A stretch of DNA of 64,000 nt from Bugula neritina (lineage: Eukaryota; Animalia; Bryozoa): positions 9,081,751-9,145,750 of the forward strand of contig OZ037773.1 in NCBI GenBank assembly GCA_964035545.1. The letters are read 5' to 3'. The notes beneath the pieces are model-generated. The model did not search any database, was not told the origin of the DNA, and saw nothing but the letters and a program-made list of their open reading frames with translations. The first letter of the stretch is position 1. Each line of letters starts with the position of its first letter. The translations under genes were made by a program, and so were the position numbers. Below are positions 1 through 15,600 of the stretch, piece by piece.

Positions 1-485
1 AGAAAACAAAGGAAATGAGAGTGAGGTACAAAAAGTAGCACCTGTCAATATGTGACATGCTTCATTTCATCACCTGTCACCATTTCAACAAGAAAAAGTA
101 GAGCTTAAGCCAAAACCCGGTGTAGGATAAATAAGTTTACATAAATTATAGCTCAAAATGTTGTTGATTCGTGATCATTTCAACAAAAATGGCAAAAAAT
201 TATACTTGGAAAAAATCAACATTGCATAAGCAGAGATTGGCTTCAACCAGCAAAATAGAGAAAAAGGCAACAAAGTGGGTTTTTAAAGTAAATTTTGGCT
301 AACCCAATTAATAGCTTTTTTGCTATAATTTCCTTGGAGAAAGGCACAACTTTGAGGAAACGCATTTTTATACAAGCTTCAAGACTTCCGAGGAAAATTT
401 AGGACATTAGGGTAGCCATTGTTGAGCTACAAAGCTCTTGGCGTGATGAAATACTATTTCAGTGCTTTTACAAGCAAGAGTTTAC

Positions 486-3400
486 CTTCATCTCATGGCA
501 CATGTCCACAGGTTCGCCATTCTTGTACCACACTACGGTGACCGCCGGCTCGCCGATTATTTCGCACTTGAGGACAACATGGTCGGTAGCGAGAGCGGAC
601 AAGTGGCTGACGGGCTGGATGTCTTTACTCTCGTACTTGGGAGGTGCTAAAATAGATGACATAGTTGGTGACAGGCACGGCATCTCTCCTCAACTCACGA
701 GATATTTACATAAATTAATGAACATGTTTACGAAATGCAAAAAATAGAAATCATAGAAACAAGATGGATTCTTTTAGACTCCTCACGGCTAACTTCTGAC
801 TGCGGCAGTAATACTTACATTATAGCAGTAATACTTACACTACGGCTGTAATATAGCCGTAAACACACGTGTAAGTAAAGCATGCAGCTCTGACCAAATA
901 ATCTCACAATTCATGAGATGATTGGCAATAGGAAACGGCAGTTGAAGTCAAATACTAAAATATGACTCAATGCTTCACGAAAACGACGTATGACTTTGAG
1001 GCTTGAAAAGGTTGGAATGAGAAGACAACTGAAATGTCGAAAATCAAATTACCTGAGGACCAACTAGAAAGTGTTTTTCACCGCCCCACCTCAAGAACAT
1101 TTAATTAACGAAAACTCGAATCAACTTACAGAATATTTCCACGTCAGCAACTGTTTGGTACAAGGAACCTGTTTGGACGTCAACCCTGTACTGGCCGGGC
1201 TGAGTAAGACCTCTCATGTACTGGTCTGGTTTAGTCATCTGTAGTTGCTGCCATACGGCATCGTGTGTCGCAGTATACACTGGAAACATGAAGAGTATAC
1301 ACTGGAAACATGAAAAGTGTAGTGAACTAGGCTTTGAGTTGAGCATTAACTCTTCACTGATGTTCTTTATTATGTTTTATTATACTTCTATTTTGCTCTC
1401 TTAGAATTACACCAGTTCACTAGCACCAACTATTGCAAAGTGCCAGAGTTAGCACTGGCTGTGCTGTAGAAAGCTTTTCTTAGTGTAGCTTAAATAGCTT
1501 AGCAAACTAGCGCTAATTTCACTACAAAAGTATACACTGGAAACAGGAAAAGTGTACACTGGAAACAGGAAAAGTGTACACTGGAAATATGAACAAATAT
1601 TCAGTTTTATTCCACCAAAATACTTGGTAACTTCAGAATAAACTAGCATAAATATAAGAAACATTCTATGAGCAAGTAGAATATTGTAGTGTATGTCAGG
1701 TGCTTATATCAGCTGTTGAAGTAACACTGCAAGGTACACAGGCTACGGTATTAGATAATACAGCCTGAGAGATGCATGCAGTAGGGGAGTTAACTCAACA
1801 CTGGATGACTTTCAACTTATCTGATTTTATGAATACAAACATAAATTATTTGACATTTCCTCACACATTGAATAGAATAGCATATTAACACACTGTATAA
1901 GTGACTCCATCAGTAGCTGGCAGAAAGCAGTGAACATTAATAGTTATTATTTTATATTCCTAAGTGATTATATATTAAATTATATTATCTATTAAATTAT
2001 AGTACATAGTAAATTATATTATATGTTAAAATTGGTTTGTGTTTTTATTGCTAGTTAAACAAAATGGATAAAATGAAGATAAATAACCTAAAAGTGTGTC
2101 ATTGGACTTTAAATTGATATATCAATAGTAGATGTGATATTGAATTATCAAGAGACTACCCCAGGAAGAGGTTGCGATGCTGAAGTATTATAATAAGCTG
2201 AACTCATGCCGTGGACTGACCTTTCTGATACCAGCTGACAGTTTCACCACCCACGGAGTTGATATAGGATTCCAGCACAAGGTCATCTCCAGGTCGGTAT
2301 ACAACCTGTGTAGGGGGCACTGCTAGCAGCTTAAACTGCCGCTCACCTACAGCAGGTAGTTTATTATTATTCTCAGGTTATGTAATATCATATAGTAATG
2401 TGTAATATCATAATATAGTAATATATAATATCATATAGTAATGTGTAATATCATAATATAGTAATATATAATCTCATAAGGTAATGTGTAATATCATAAT
2501 ATAGTAATATATAATCTCATAGAGTAATGTGTAATATCATATAGTAATGGGTAATATCATAGAGTAATATATGATAATATTACACATGCACATGTGATAT
2601 ATAATAATATATAATATAATATAATATAATAGTATGCAATACCATATATGATATCATACAAGACTATGTTATGCTAATTATAAGATTTCGCAATCCATTC
2701 CTCTACAAACACCATGAGTGCGAGATCCATGCCAACAAAAACAACAAATCTATTGAGGAAAAAACAAAAAACAAATACAGCATAAAATATGATGTATTCA
2801 TCATTTTTTGCAGTTGAAAGGTTTCAAGTGGAGGGCAGGTGTCAGGGAGCTGAGAGTTGAATAGATAAGGTATAGGGGGCAGCAGTGGTGGATATAGATC
2901 AGGGGCAGCAGTGGTGGATATAGAATAGGTATAGGGGGGCAGCAGTGGTGGACATGGATCAGAGACCACAGTGGTGGATACAGATCAGGGGTAGTAACAA
3001 CCACGAGCTGACACTTCATACCAAAACATGATAGTAGATAGTTTTTCAAGAAGAAGCTAATTAATATTCAGGTACTAAAGCTAAGTGACTCACACACCTA
3101 CAGCCCACCTCCTAATACACCAATTAGCTGATAAGTTGCACATATAAGCATCAACCCGTAAAGAAAGTTGAGTTTAGGAGAGAAGTTATAAAATATCAAA
3201 TCAGTGGCTGAGATGTGAGTAGTACGTTGCATGCAGGTACCTCGTACTGATATAAATAGGATGCCAGCTTATAACGGCTCTATAAATTTCACCATTAGGT
3301 AATTCTATTGTTTTTTGTATCAAAGGCTGAACTAGAATTTTCGTAGAAATCGCCTCTTCCACCAATCATAGTGCAACTATTACAGGAATTCAGTTACCAT

Positions 3401-6400
3401 CCAAAACAAAAACTGAAAATCAGCCAAGATTTGGCAACCAGTTTGGAAATAATTTGCGTAATGCCAGAGTACTGAGGAGTATGGAGGGAGGAATTTGAAC
3501 GAGTTGGCAAGTTGCCAAGGTTTAGGAACTAGGCCACGTATATATAATATATATTATATATGGTACAGTCAACTAGCTATAGGTAGAGGGTGATGCAGCA
3601 TTATTATACTATTGGGATCAATATTTAATTACAGCATGAATATTATTACGTTGTTTACTAGGCAGAAATACACCATCATTACACAGATACACATTTATTA
3701 TTTATACAGCTATGCAAAGGAAACAGAACCACCTTTTGGACTAATATAATTGATAGACCGAATTGAACTGTACACCAGAACAAAGGGCACACAACTCCCA
3801 CACTGACTTCAAGTGAATTCCACTCTACCTCATGGCTGTACTGGGTTGACTGCCAAGTTTCCTATTATTCAATTTGAGTTGGCAATTCTCAGATAAATGT
3901 TATTGTTACAGAGCCACTCAAATTTCAGCATTTCCCAAATCAAGTTATCAAATATTTAGAACATTTTTTAAGGGTTTAGAAGGCAGCCAATCATATTTTG
4001 AAAACCCTTGAGGCAACTTATCAAAGTTTTCTATTACAATTATGGAATAATTTCATTTATAAAAAATGAGATTTTCACACCAATGTTTATGAGCTGAAGT
4101 GTCGGGTTACAGATGTTTCTATTAGAGGTCAGACAACACACACTGGCCCTTAAATGACAGAGACTGACTGACGCCTGACAGCAAGTGAGAGCAGGCACTT
4201 GTTACATCATTCCCAAAGCCAGCACCAACACATTCTAGCAGCTAGTGACACTTTCAAAAGTATGTACTTCTTAAAACCATATATATTTGATAGACAGTAG
4301 CAGGTACTTCCAGGTACTCTTTATAACTACATTTTTTGACAGATATTAGCAGGTACTTGTAAGGTGCTCCAAATGAATATATGCTAAACAAACAGGTATT
4401 TGCCTATGACCTTACTACTATTACTTATTACAGTACTTAAGACATAAACCAACAGTACTTGTCAGGTACTTGATGATTCTGAACAAAAATACAAACTTAG
4501 AGTTTATTGAATAACTAAGTAACCTCAATGTCAGAACTATACATGCATACCGTCTTAAAATAGCTCAGAGTTGCCTTAATGAAACTGGGATGCAGTTTTT
4601 GCAGATGACTAAACTTTGACAATGATATATTAGAATGTCTATAGCTAAAAGAATGTCAAAGGAAATTGGTAGGGTGGATTTAACTCCTCAGGTAGATGCC
4701 ATCACTTATATATAGCTCTAGTACATTATTATTTCATCAGTTATTTCAACTGAAGTTAATTCAAAACTCAACATGTGCCTTGAAAACAAGGAATATTTCT
4801 CCAAGACACTTAACTCTCACGTGCTGGTAGTCTATATAGAAAGAGCAAAACCATGATTTACCATTCACCTAACATAAATTTGCTAGTTTCCATCTGGCCC
4901 ACAATGTATGGGAGTGTGATAGAGACAGCTTATAGTCTGAGTGAAATTATTAGTCAGAAAAAACTGCAGTATTTTTAGAACAGCACAAGTCTTGGCAAAA
5001 TTTTGTAGCGTGATCAGTCCAACTACGAAATGCTAAGCTAAATTTATAAACCCAAGCCAATCGACATCCTATTGTGAAACTTTGCCCATGAGGGCAATAT
5101 CTAGGCTAAAGAACCCAACACTAGGGAGAGGTGGGGGTATATCCAGGTATAGGTATCAGGTGAAGCCGTTTCAGTGAGCCAACCTCTCTCTCAGTCAACG
5201 CAGTAGTAGCTATAGATTCAGCCATTTAGTAGGTCAACATGCAGCACATACATACCAAATGTTTTGGAAAACTTATGTAAATCTATTGTCTCATTATGTA
5301 GATGGAAACTTTTAGGGGTTCAGAAGAAGGATGTTTGTGTGAGGAGTTTAAAGTGATGAAGCTAAAGATGGTCAGATAAGACACGATTTTATAGACTAGT
5401 AGGTCATGTGTTGTTCGTTAGGAATTTATTGGGGAGCAACTCAAGCAGAATGAAATAAGAACTACACGTTCAACTACTTGTACTCAAACTTTTCAGCAGC
5501 TAGCGGTCAGCTAAGGTGTAGATTTTCAAGTGTGTTATGCTAAAGCTTGGCCAAGGCATCTCTGCTAAACGCATCTCATAAAATACTGCAGTATTGGATT
5601 ACAAACACTCCTAGTGACCCAGTAAGGCTACAGTTATGCTAAATTTGGAATATAATTAAATTGATTAGTATTAGAAAAGTAAAAGTGTTAGCGCTATGTG
5701 CACTAGTTTGTGGACCCCAGGGAACACAAATGATATAATTGAGGAGCTGCCACTGCATAAAAATATTATTAACTGGTTCCAAGTTCAAACAAGACTCATG
5801 CTGCCACAGCGCTGCCTCACTGCTCACAGTTCTGATAATCTCAAACATTGCGAACAGAAAGTTGCTACTTGGGCGTATGAAGTCATACCTCTACCCTTCT
5901 AGAATTTCGCTACACATGGTTGGATTTCAGTGAAGTAGTAATGAAACGGATAAACAGATGCAACAACACAAGTCAAAAGTTCAGGTGCATACATAAATAT
6001 CGAATAAAAAGAGGAAAATGTGACACCTTTTTGGAGAAGATCCATGCATTTATGAGATGATGTGAATCCCATCAGCTTTAACTGAGCGTGCTTTGCTTCC
6101 AGCTCTTTACAGTTATTGATTATTCTTTATTTTTCCAACAATTAACTGATAAAATTACTGATAGCTCGAGTTACATAAATTCATGATTCCTCAGAGGTTT
6201 GGGTGGGTGAGCTAGCAGCAGTTATGATTGGATGTTGTTTTGCAGTTGTAGATCTAGTGTAGTATAAATAGTACGCCCTGTATCTAGGCCTGCTTTCTTC
6301 ATAGGAGATGCAGTCAATAAAATTACACATGATTCATGAGACTGTAATTATAGATGCTGCCTGGAGAAAGAAGCTCTTTATTTAACTTGAACTTAGCTGA

Positions 6401-9400
6401 AAGAGCTTCCAACAATAAAATTAAAGATTTATTTTAAAATATTTTCAGGTCTCTTAACTATAAGCATTTGCACAATAACTTGCTTTGAATTTATGTTTCT
6501 GGAAAGATCTTTGGAAAGCAACAGCTGAGCACAAAACTAAAGCAAATTCTTGGACATTAAAATTGAACTTTATTTAAAGTGAAAGAAGAATTACGTTGTT
6601 AATGGGCAAATTTGGTTATACCAGAGAGTGTGGTGTTCTCAGGTAGCCTGGGGGGTGGTGTTGAACCTGAGAGAGGTGGTGTTGGGCCTGAGGGGAGAAA
6701 GGGGGTGAGCCAGGTAAAGTAGACATGGTAACAATAACACAGAAAGTTTTCAAATGTAGTGCACAATGCTTTTACTATCTTTTTGTAATTAAAATTGATA
6801 TTCAAATATTTAATCACCACTGAAACTAATTCAACCATAATCTGACTTATCAAATTGAAAATCTATGAAGTGAGAAATCTAAAGGCACTGTTGAATTCTA
6901 TAAATGCAGAACAAAAGTTGCACAAGTGTAGAAGAACTGCTTCAGCGATCGACTAAACACAAGCCATTCATTTCCTTTTTCACTGCCAACAGCAATAAAT
7001 GGATCATTTTCCCTAGATCATCAATGAAAGCTTTCTCAGAACTTCCACTAAATGTTTCTAGAATATTCCTAGAATATATGGCTACTAAAACTTAGAAACT
7101 AGTATTTGGAAGCCAGAAAATATCGACCAGAACTGAGTTGGTTGAGCATGGATACTAGAAATTAGTAAATAGAATGATGAGAGATGGCCGCTAGCCGAAA
7201 GAGAAGGTCAAGGATGAAGCATGGACTGATGAATAAATTAGAAAAGTCAAAAAATTAATAATCCAAGAGATTACATAATGGAAGACTACAGCACCTGGTA
7301 AAGAAGGACTTTGCAGAGGCTAATTTCCTATTGGAAAAGACATGGGAGTAGAGAGGTTGGTAGTGGAGCTATGGGGGTATAACAAAAGGAGTCCGAGGGA
7401 AATAATGAAGTGGTTTGATATGCAGGAATGCAGCAACGTACTAGAGTAAGTATTCAGTCACTGTGCATTAATCTTGTGAATATTCCACAAACATGTCACC
7501 TGAATCATTATACATGAATAACCACCAACTCTCCCATTTAGGTGCAGAGAAATTTCAATAGCATAAATTCTTTAAATTTTCAAGAATTCTTTCTTCAAAA
7601 ATTTTTGTGTGGGACCTCCTATGAAATTATCCCCAGACCAAAACTTCTGTTGCTACTTTTGTCTTTTAGAACACAGGCTTTTCCCCAATTCCTCCATTAC
7701 TGCACCTACGTCCTACTCAGCAGCAACATGCTTTGCAATATAAGAACAGATGTGTGGTGCAGCCCTACGTTTACCAGAGGTATAGTACAGCCCTACGTTT
7801 ACCAGAGATGTGGTGCAGCCCTACGTTTACCAGAGATGTGATGGCTATTGCAGCATGCTTTATGTAAGAGATGGAAATACAATACAAAGAGAAGAGATAA
7901 GCAGATTGAGCTGAACTACTGGAATACTGGAGAGCATCAAGAGATTGATGAGTAAGAGAGAAGGAATCACAGAGAAAACAAATAACAGATCTCCGTAGCA
8001 TATCTTTCATCTGATTTATATATAATGGAGTGATGATGACTACAAAGTAGAGATAGATATCAGTAGATGGGAAGATAGCCAGATCCTGACAGTGAAGCAA
8101 ACTTAGGGACTGAAACACGAAATAAATCATCAATTAAACCCCGAAAATGTGCAACCCGCGTGATCTGCTAGAGTGAGAGCTGCAACACACTTGAAGGTGT
8201 CTAAACCATCTCTATGGTCATTCAGTCAAGTGACAAAATAGAGACAAATGTTATTAATTTTCAGTCACGGCTGAATAAACAATATGGCAACAGTATTGAT
8301 GTCGTAGTAATTAGTGAATTCCAGTAACTCAACCTGAGACTGGAGATTATGAGCCTCCAGTTGGCCAAACAATAAGCAATAGTAAGTATAATTCAGTCAA
8401 TCAAATCCCCTACCAGTGATTTACAATCTTCAAAAATAACACAATTATGTAACCTAGTTTTCCAGCATTTGGGAACTTTTAGATAGTGCCAGCAGCTGGT
8501 GGGACACAGTCTTAAGATCACAGGCTATGGGTATTCATCTTTAGCTCGTGAAGTCAGTGGTAACAGTATAGTAACTATTAGTACAATTAGCAGCCGATAG
8601 TACTAGCAGTGAGTTGTAGCAAGTGATAGTACTAATGCTGAGTCATATTTGCTAGTACTACTCATAGTCATGTACTCATAGTCATGCACTAGAATTTAGA
8701 AGTAATACCTTGGAAATCTCCCAGGTATTGACAGGTTCACAAGACAAGTGGTTGGAATAATTTATAACCACCTATTTATAAACCTGCCTACAACCAGGGA
8801 AGGGTTGAACAGATTTCGAGGGTTTAACGGAGCCTGTGAAATATTTCTTATGCAAGTCACTGAGGCATGCTGGGAAATATGGCAAACCATCATGAATGTT
8901 ACTCATAATTCTTTTAAAATTACCATTAGAGTGTTTTTATTAGAAAATATGGTGGCTTTTACCATTGTTGATATCATTGCTAGTTGATTATGTGAATTGC
9001 ATATTCTACTGCTTTTTATTTTCAAGAAAGTGGTCAGTGCTTTTGGCAGGAGAGAAGAGAATGGAAACAGAGGCAGCTTTCTAGAACTGATCACAGAACA
9101 GAGCAGAGAGTCACAGAACAAAGCAGAGAGTCACAGAACAGAGAGTCACAGAACAAAGCAGAGAGTCACAGAACAGAGCAGAGAGTCACAGAACAGAGCA
9201 GAGAGTCACAGAACAGAGCAGAGAGTCACAGAACAAAGCAGAGAGTCACAGAACAGAGCAGAAAGTCACAGAACAAAGTAGAGAGTCACAGAACAGAGTA
9301 GAGAGTCACAGAAACCAGAACATTTGTCACTTTGAGTTTGTAGTTTCGCCTATAGAGAGTACAACAGAAGCCGTGACGAAAAGACTGAGAGAAATGATTT

Positions 9401-12400
9401 CGGTGTGAGCCGTACGGGAGAGAGGGGAGTGAAATTGAGGCTATTTGAATGTGAGATTCATGAGCAGTGATGAGAAATCTAAAGAAAAAATCAATCGGAT
9501 GAGAACAAAAATACATTAACATTTCCACCTGACCAAGCGCCACTCAGCGTGATTCAGCTTGACCCAGCGTGAATACTGGAACACTCACCTTCGCTGTCGA
9601 TGTCCACTTCAATGCCATTCTCGCTGGAGATAACGCTGCCATTTAAAGTGAGAGCTGCACAGCTGTAGGTTCCGGTGGTGTTGGAACTGAGGCTTGTTAC
9701 GTGAAGAACCCCGCTAGGGAGAATGTCATACCTAGATCACACACACAGCGATAGATTTCAGAGTGAGCGTTAATAAATCAACAGTAAGAATAGTGCTGTG
9801 GCTGGCAAGAAAACACTTAGTAAAGAAATTCAAAAAGCAATGCCAAAAAAATGGTCAAGTTGAATAGTGGGTATAATAAATTGTCAAGAACCTAAACCAT
9901 ATATAAATAAAAAAATAATTTTTTCAGGAGTTGGTAAAAAATTTAACTTCTTTTTTAAGCTACTAAATTGTCACAAACATCATGCTATAGCTATCAAAGG
10001 ACTATTGGTAATAAATCAAATTTCTGAAATAAATTCCAAAAGCCATAAATTTAGAAGAACATTTTGATGAGCTGGTTGCAATCAATTAACTGAGAGACCC
10101 GACTGCAAAAAAATAACATTATTGGCTGCTTTTTTCAGCAAATTGGAAAAACTTAAAACCTTGGATTGTCTTCCAGTGGGAGGGAATCCTTGAACCAAGT
10201 GATGGTGGGGGCGGGGATCCAGTCCTGTGTTGGACAAACTAGACGAATATTGTCCCCTTCTGGCACAGAGAGTTGAGTATTCTCAAAAAGTAACGGCAGG
10301 GCATAAACTACAAAAACAAGATTACGTGTAACATTCATGCGTGTGCTGGTGGGCCACAACTGACTAGAGTATTATTGATAGGGGTGAGTTGAAACCAGGG
10401 GTTGCGGTATTGCTCTATAAAGTATAAACCCACATACTGAGTAAGGAATTAGGTCTAAATGATGGCCACAAGCGCAGATTATCTGTCACGTAAGAATTAC
10501 ACATACCGAATTTCATCAATAATAGGTATCAAAATACATAATCTAACAGTTTAATGTTATGCATAACAAACATGCCATAGGAATATATATACCATAAATG
10601 TGTTTATTCTAATGAGAAGCCCTAATGTGGGTGCTAAGTAACCAGGTGCTAGGGCTAGTCAAATAACCTGGATTCTGAAATATGCAAGTCTTGGAATTTT
10701 GAAGACACCAGATTTTTACGGATGGATAATAGTTACTGTTTTGGCAACAAGACTCGACATTTTTCACATCACCTAGTGAGGGCGGTGTGTGAAAATTTTA
10801 ATTTTTTAGTTACTGACTGTTTTCCCAATAAAACAAAACATTATACACTGAGCTTCAGTCTAAATATTTTATTTCTGAAATGTGGAAAACATTCAAACAA
10901 CTTGAACTAAGAAAATAAAACAAAACTAAAAACTTCACATTGGAGAAAATAAATGTTCTAAACAGCAACTTCTCACTTCTTTAAATATAATTATTAAATA
11001 TTAAATAAAATAATAAATTAAATATAAAATTAAATATGTAAATTAAATACATAAACTAAATATTGAATTAAATGTATAAATCAAATATTAGATTAAATAT
11101 ATAAATTAAGTATTTAATACAATAAAATATTATCGTAAATTGAATAAATTAAATATTAAATTACAAACATGAAGTTAATATTCAGTAGATAAAACAAGTA
11201 TTAAACTGAATCTATTAATTGAATATCAAATTACATATAATATACATTCAGTATAGAGAGCTTAGATGTGAGACCTGAATAACTAGAGTAGGTACTGAGA
11301 CTACATACTGTACTGAGAATCATAAGACTAGTATCAGTAGATGCTTGCAGAGATATTCTCACACAGGTGACCTTACCTGAAGGCAGCAGTCTGGTACTGG
11401 TGCTGACGAGGCCGAATGAGTCATTAGTCCTCTTACAGTGATAGTTACCAATATCCTGAGTGGAGAATCCTGATATACTTAGACTGCCGTTGGAAAGCAC
11501 AGCAAACCTCCCGTACTAAACGAAATCAAACTCAAATGAGTCACAAAACTAGAACGATGTTAGCATTTCGCGAATTTGAATGAGGAGAGAATACATGAGA
11601 ATAACATGACAGTGATCCCATCTTAACTTCCTACTTAACTTATGCACATTCTAGATACGTAACTATAAGCAATATTTTGTGAAAAACAAACTCTGGTATC
11701 TGTAAAACTGGCTACCAGTGGCTCTTACATACGCATTTGCCAAGATTTTCATTCTAATACGTTTTTTGGCAACTAGGGAAGTCACATTTTAGAAATTGTT
11801 TTAGCTATTTTTACGAAAACTCACTCTTGATAAACTCAGTGTATTTTGTATTTAAAATAAATCTCTCAATAAGCCGAAGATACTAGAAACTAGTTCTCTG
11901 ATTGGCTGAACAGTTAGAAGATGTGACATAATGTGAATGTGAGTACGACAAGAACACATTTCTTTACAAAACTCGATGTAAACATAACTCAAAGTGCTTG
12001 CAACATTTCCCTATTCAACATCAAAAAGTATTTGCAATGCCAAAACTTGGCATCCTTGTCTGTTTTCATGACAGAAGTTGAATAGCTGACAGGATGAATC
12101 AACTGAATGGAGAGAATTCAGATCTGAATGAGTAAACACACTGAGTAGAGTAATACCGAAGCTTGCAGCGCTAGTCCATTCCGGAACCATTCCGTCAGCA
12201 CCCCATCCCCCTCACTCAGGCAGCTGCTGCCTTGTGCTGATGGACAAACTTGACAGAGGAGAGCAACCCTGCTGCCATAGTCAGCGTATTGTGTGGTAGA
12301 AAGGGCGACTTTCACATATTCAGCATCTGTAAACAGAACTAGATTACTAGAGAATAGTATAGTAGTAACCATGGTATCAGATTATACTCAGTGAATGGGG

Positions 12401-12641
12401 GGGATTATGGGCCTGTTATATAGTAGTAGTAGTAATAGTAGTAATAGTAGTAGTAATAGTGGTAGTAGTAGTGGTAGAAGTAGTAATAGTAGTAGTAGTA
12501 GTAGTGGTAGTAGTAGTAGTGGTAGTAGTAGTAGTAAGTAGTAGTAAGTAGTAGTAGTAGTACTAGTAGCAGTATTAGTAGCAGTAGAAGTAGTAGTACT
12601 AGTAGCAGTATTAGTAGCAGTAGAAGTAGTAGTAGTACTAT

Positions 12642-12679
<38 letters not shown>

Positions 12680-15600
12680 ATAGTACTAGTATTAGTAGTT
12701 TCACACACTTTGTGCAGGGGCTAGAGATTTACCTTAGTAGTAATGAATAACGTAGTAAATGATTAGGTCAATATATTTCGGATTACTACGTTCACTACGC
12801 AACAGCACGCGAATCAAGCTGGCCGTCTTGAAGTCATTAGGAAATCTAGTAAACTAAAGCTCAGCGAGCTAAGATCGTAGCAATCTCTTCAAGCTGAGCG
12901 AGTGCATGATAGAGAAAAGGAATGCTATTGTTTGAGCTGGCATCAACTAACGCATCCCTAATACTACTAGTTAGAGCGGGTAAATAAATAAGTCATTGTT
13001 GGGGTATTGAGATTGCAGAGGGTAATGAGAGAAACATACAGGCACGCACTACCACACTCCCAAAATAAGTTGAACGCAATACGCGATATAAATACCCAAT
13101 AAATAAGTAAAGTGGCTGGGAAAGCAATTTTCGCTCAGCTTTGAAGGAAAAAGCTTGGAGAGTTGAACGCAAATGGTGCTTCCCCCCCACCCACCCAACA
13201 GAATTTACTTTAACCAACCACTTTTTACGCACCATAAAGTTGCGGGAACAAATATACCTAATATTGAAATACAGTACAAAATGAAAACAAAATATTGAAG
13301 TATGCATCATTAGGTTATGACCTGTTATGTGGTCGCAGGTGTTACTGTAGGTAAAACATCGAGTAATAAAGGAAGTCACTAAGACCTTAGGAGACTGTTT
13401 AACAAAGACTATACTGAACTGCACTGTTACTAATCAAGGGAAGAATTATAAATTCCATAAATCAATTGAACTTATATCTAATAAATTAGCATACGGCTGG
13501 TTGGATTAAGGTTGGTAACAGAAGTATTATTTTATATTTATCAGCATCAAAATCACATTTAATTTTAAGGGTAGTGAATTAATATTTCAATTATTAATAG
13601 CATGAATAAAATTAAATTGGCTGTTTCTAAGCAACAACTACTCAGGAATTGTAACATTGGCTTATAATGACATGCTGAGAAATAAATGATTGTATTTAAT
13701 GATGTGAGATTATGCAAGGAAAACTACGCCAGCATTATTAGTGTCCTTAGCTCACCTACTCTTAGCTCACCTAGTAGCTAGCCTTAGCTCACCTAGTAGC
13801 TAGCCTTAGCTCACTTAGCCTTAGCTCACCTGGCCTTAGCTCACCTGGCAGCTAGCCTTAGCTCACCTAGTAGCTAGCCTTAGATCACCTACTCTTAGCT
13901 CACCTAGTAGCTAGCCTTAGCTCACTTAGCCTTAGCTCACCTAGTAGCTAGCCTTAGCTCACCTAGTAGCTAGCCTTAGCTCACCTACTCTTAGCTCACC
14001 TAGTAGCTAGCCTTAGCTCACTTAACCTTAGCTCACCTGGCCTTAGCTCACCTGGCAGCTAGCCTTAGCTCACCTAGTAGCTAGCCTTAGCTCACCTAGT
14101 AGCTAGCCTTAGCTCAATTTGATATGAAATCTAGCTCCCATCATCAAAAGCAACACCTCAACTCCATTAATTACTGCATTTCTAAATTATTCAAATTTTA
14201 CAGAAGATTTAGGGTGTGCATTCGCTAGGCAAAGCTAAAAAATGCAACCAGTAGGGTAGGACTCTGCTCATACTGATAATGATTTAACTCTTCACACAAC
14301 AGGTGACCTCCATACTGTTAGTCTTATAGAACTCCTAGTTTTAGCTGAGAAACTGTATAATATAGCTTCAGTATAAACTGTAAAGGTGGCTGTTTACGAG
14401 GGCAGGGTGAGAGAATGCAATCCCAGCTAATGAAAGTTATCTCCAAGGAAAGAGTTTCTGAAATATTGCATTGTCTTGAAACTGTTGTGCTAATTTTAGT
14501 ATCAGGTGCTAATTGAAAGTTGTAGTAGTAACAGTAGCTGCAGAGGTAGCCTATAGTAAGCCTATAGTAAGCCTATAGTAAGCTAGTTAGTTGGTTATGT
14601 AATAGTTTGCTAAATGACTTGGCCATCTATTGTGCCAATAAACTAAATATTGGTATGCTTTGAAGAGCTTATTATGTAATTCCGAGAGTGTCAGGGGTCA
14701 AACAACTAGCGTACAACTTTTCAAGATGAATTAGATAAAATACAATGGGAGGAAATACTTTGATACATTAAAACTCCATAATTTGAGTTGTTTTGCTGTT
14801 GATTGCAGGAGGAAACGTGGAGATGAAATCATTTATTATCTGAGAAAAGTTAGTATTTGGAACAGGGTGTTAATTGGGCCACCAGCCCTTAGCTCTGGAT
14901 GTTTCGGGCCCAGCAGTTTCTTCACACGGGCTTCCTATTGATAAGTCCCGTGCCAAATACTTGCCGAGTTTTGTTAACTATTTTTCTCTTTCTTCCTCTC
15001 CATGACTCAAAAACAATGCAAGCATCGTATTTCTGGATGCCAAAATAAGGGTGCAGTCACGTTAACCTAAAAATGAGCAAGGCCGTGCCAAGTGAACTAC
15101 GATACAGCCCAATTCCTGATCAGCCATACGAAGTGAAAGTATCAGTGGAGAACAGACAACCTCAACTCTGAATATTAAATCAACAAGAGTTCATTTTAAA
15201 TTATCACAAGTCGAGGATTACCAGACTTTCCATCATCTGTACACACTTTACTGTAGCCAAACCTCTGGCTACCTGAAATTACTTAGGGGGGGTGGGGGGT
15301 GGGGGGTGGGGGGTGGTGTACAAGGCTACATAAGCTGTCAGCATACTGAGCAGTAAAACAGCGGGCTATAACCCCTCCTCCATTATTTCCTCAGTTGCAA
15401 CCCCATTAAGCTCTCTAATTATGGAATTATTTTTATATTACGTTGTTTTATAGCATTTTTTATATGTTTTAATCTGCAGTAATGAGCCCATAGCACTACT
15501 AGTAGCCTCTGAGCTCCCAAACTGAGCTGAACCAAAATTATTACTACAAAACAACATGAAGATTAAGTTAAGCCAATTTATTACCAACTATTAGCAAAGG

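Noticed and set aside
12388-12708. Mucin-like poly-Thr and poly-Leu ORFs within the Ig gene
   Set aside because: (TAG)n microsatellite; exon 1 splices in phase to 12326 without it.
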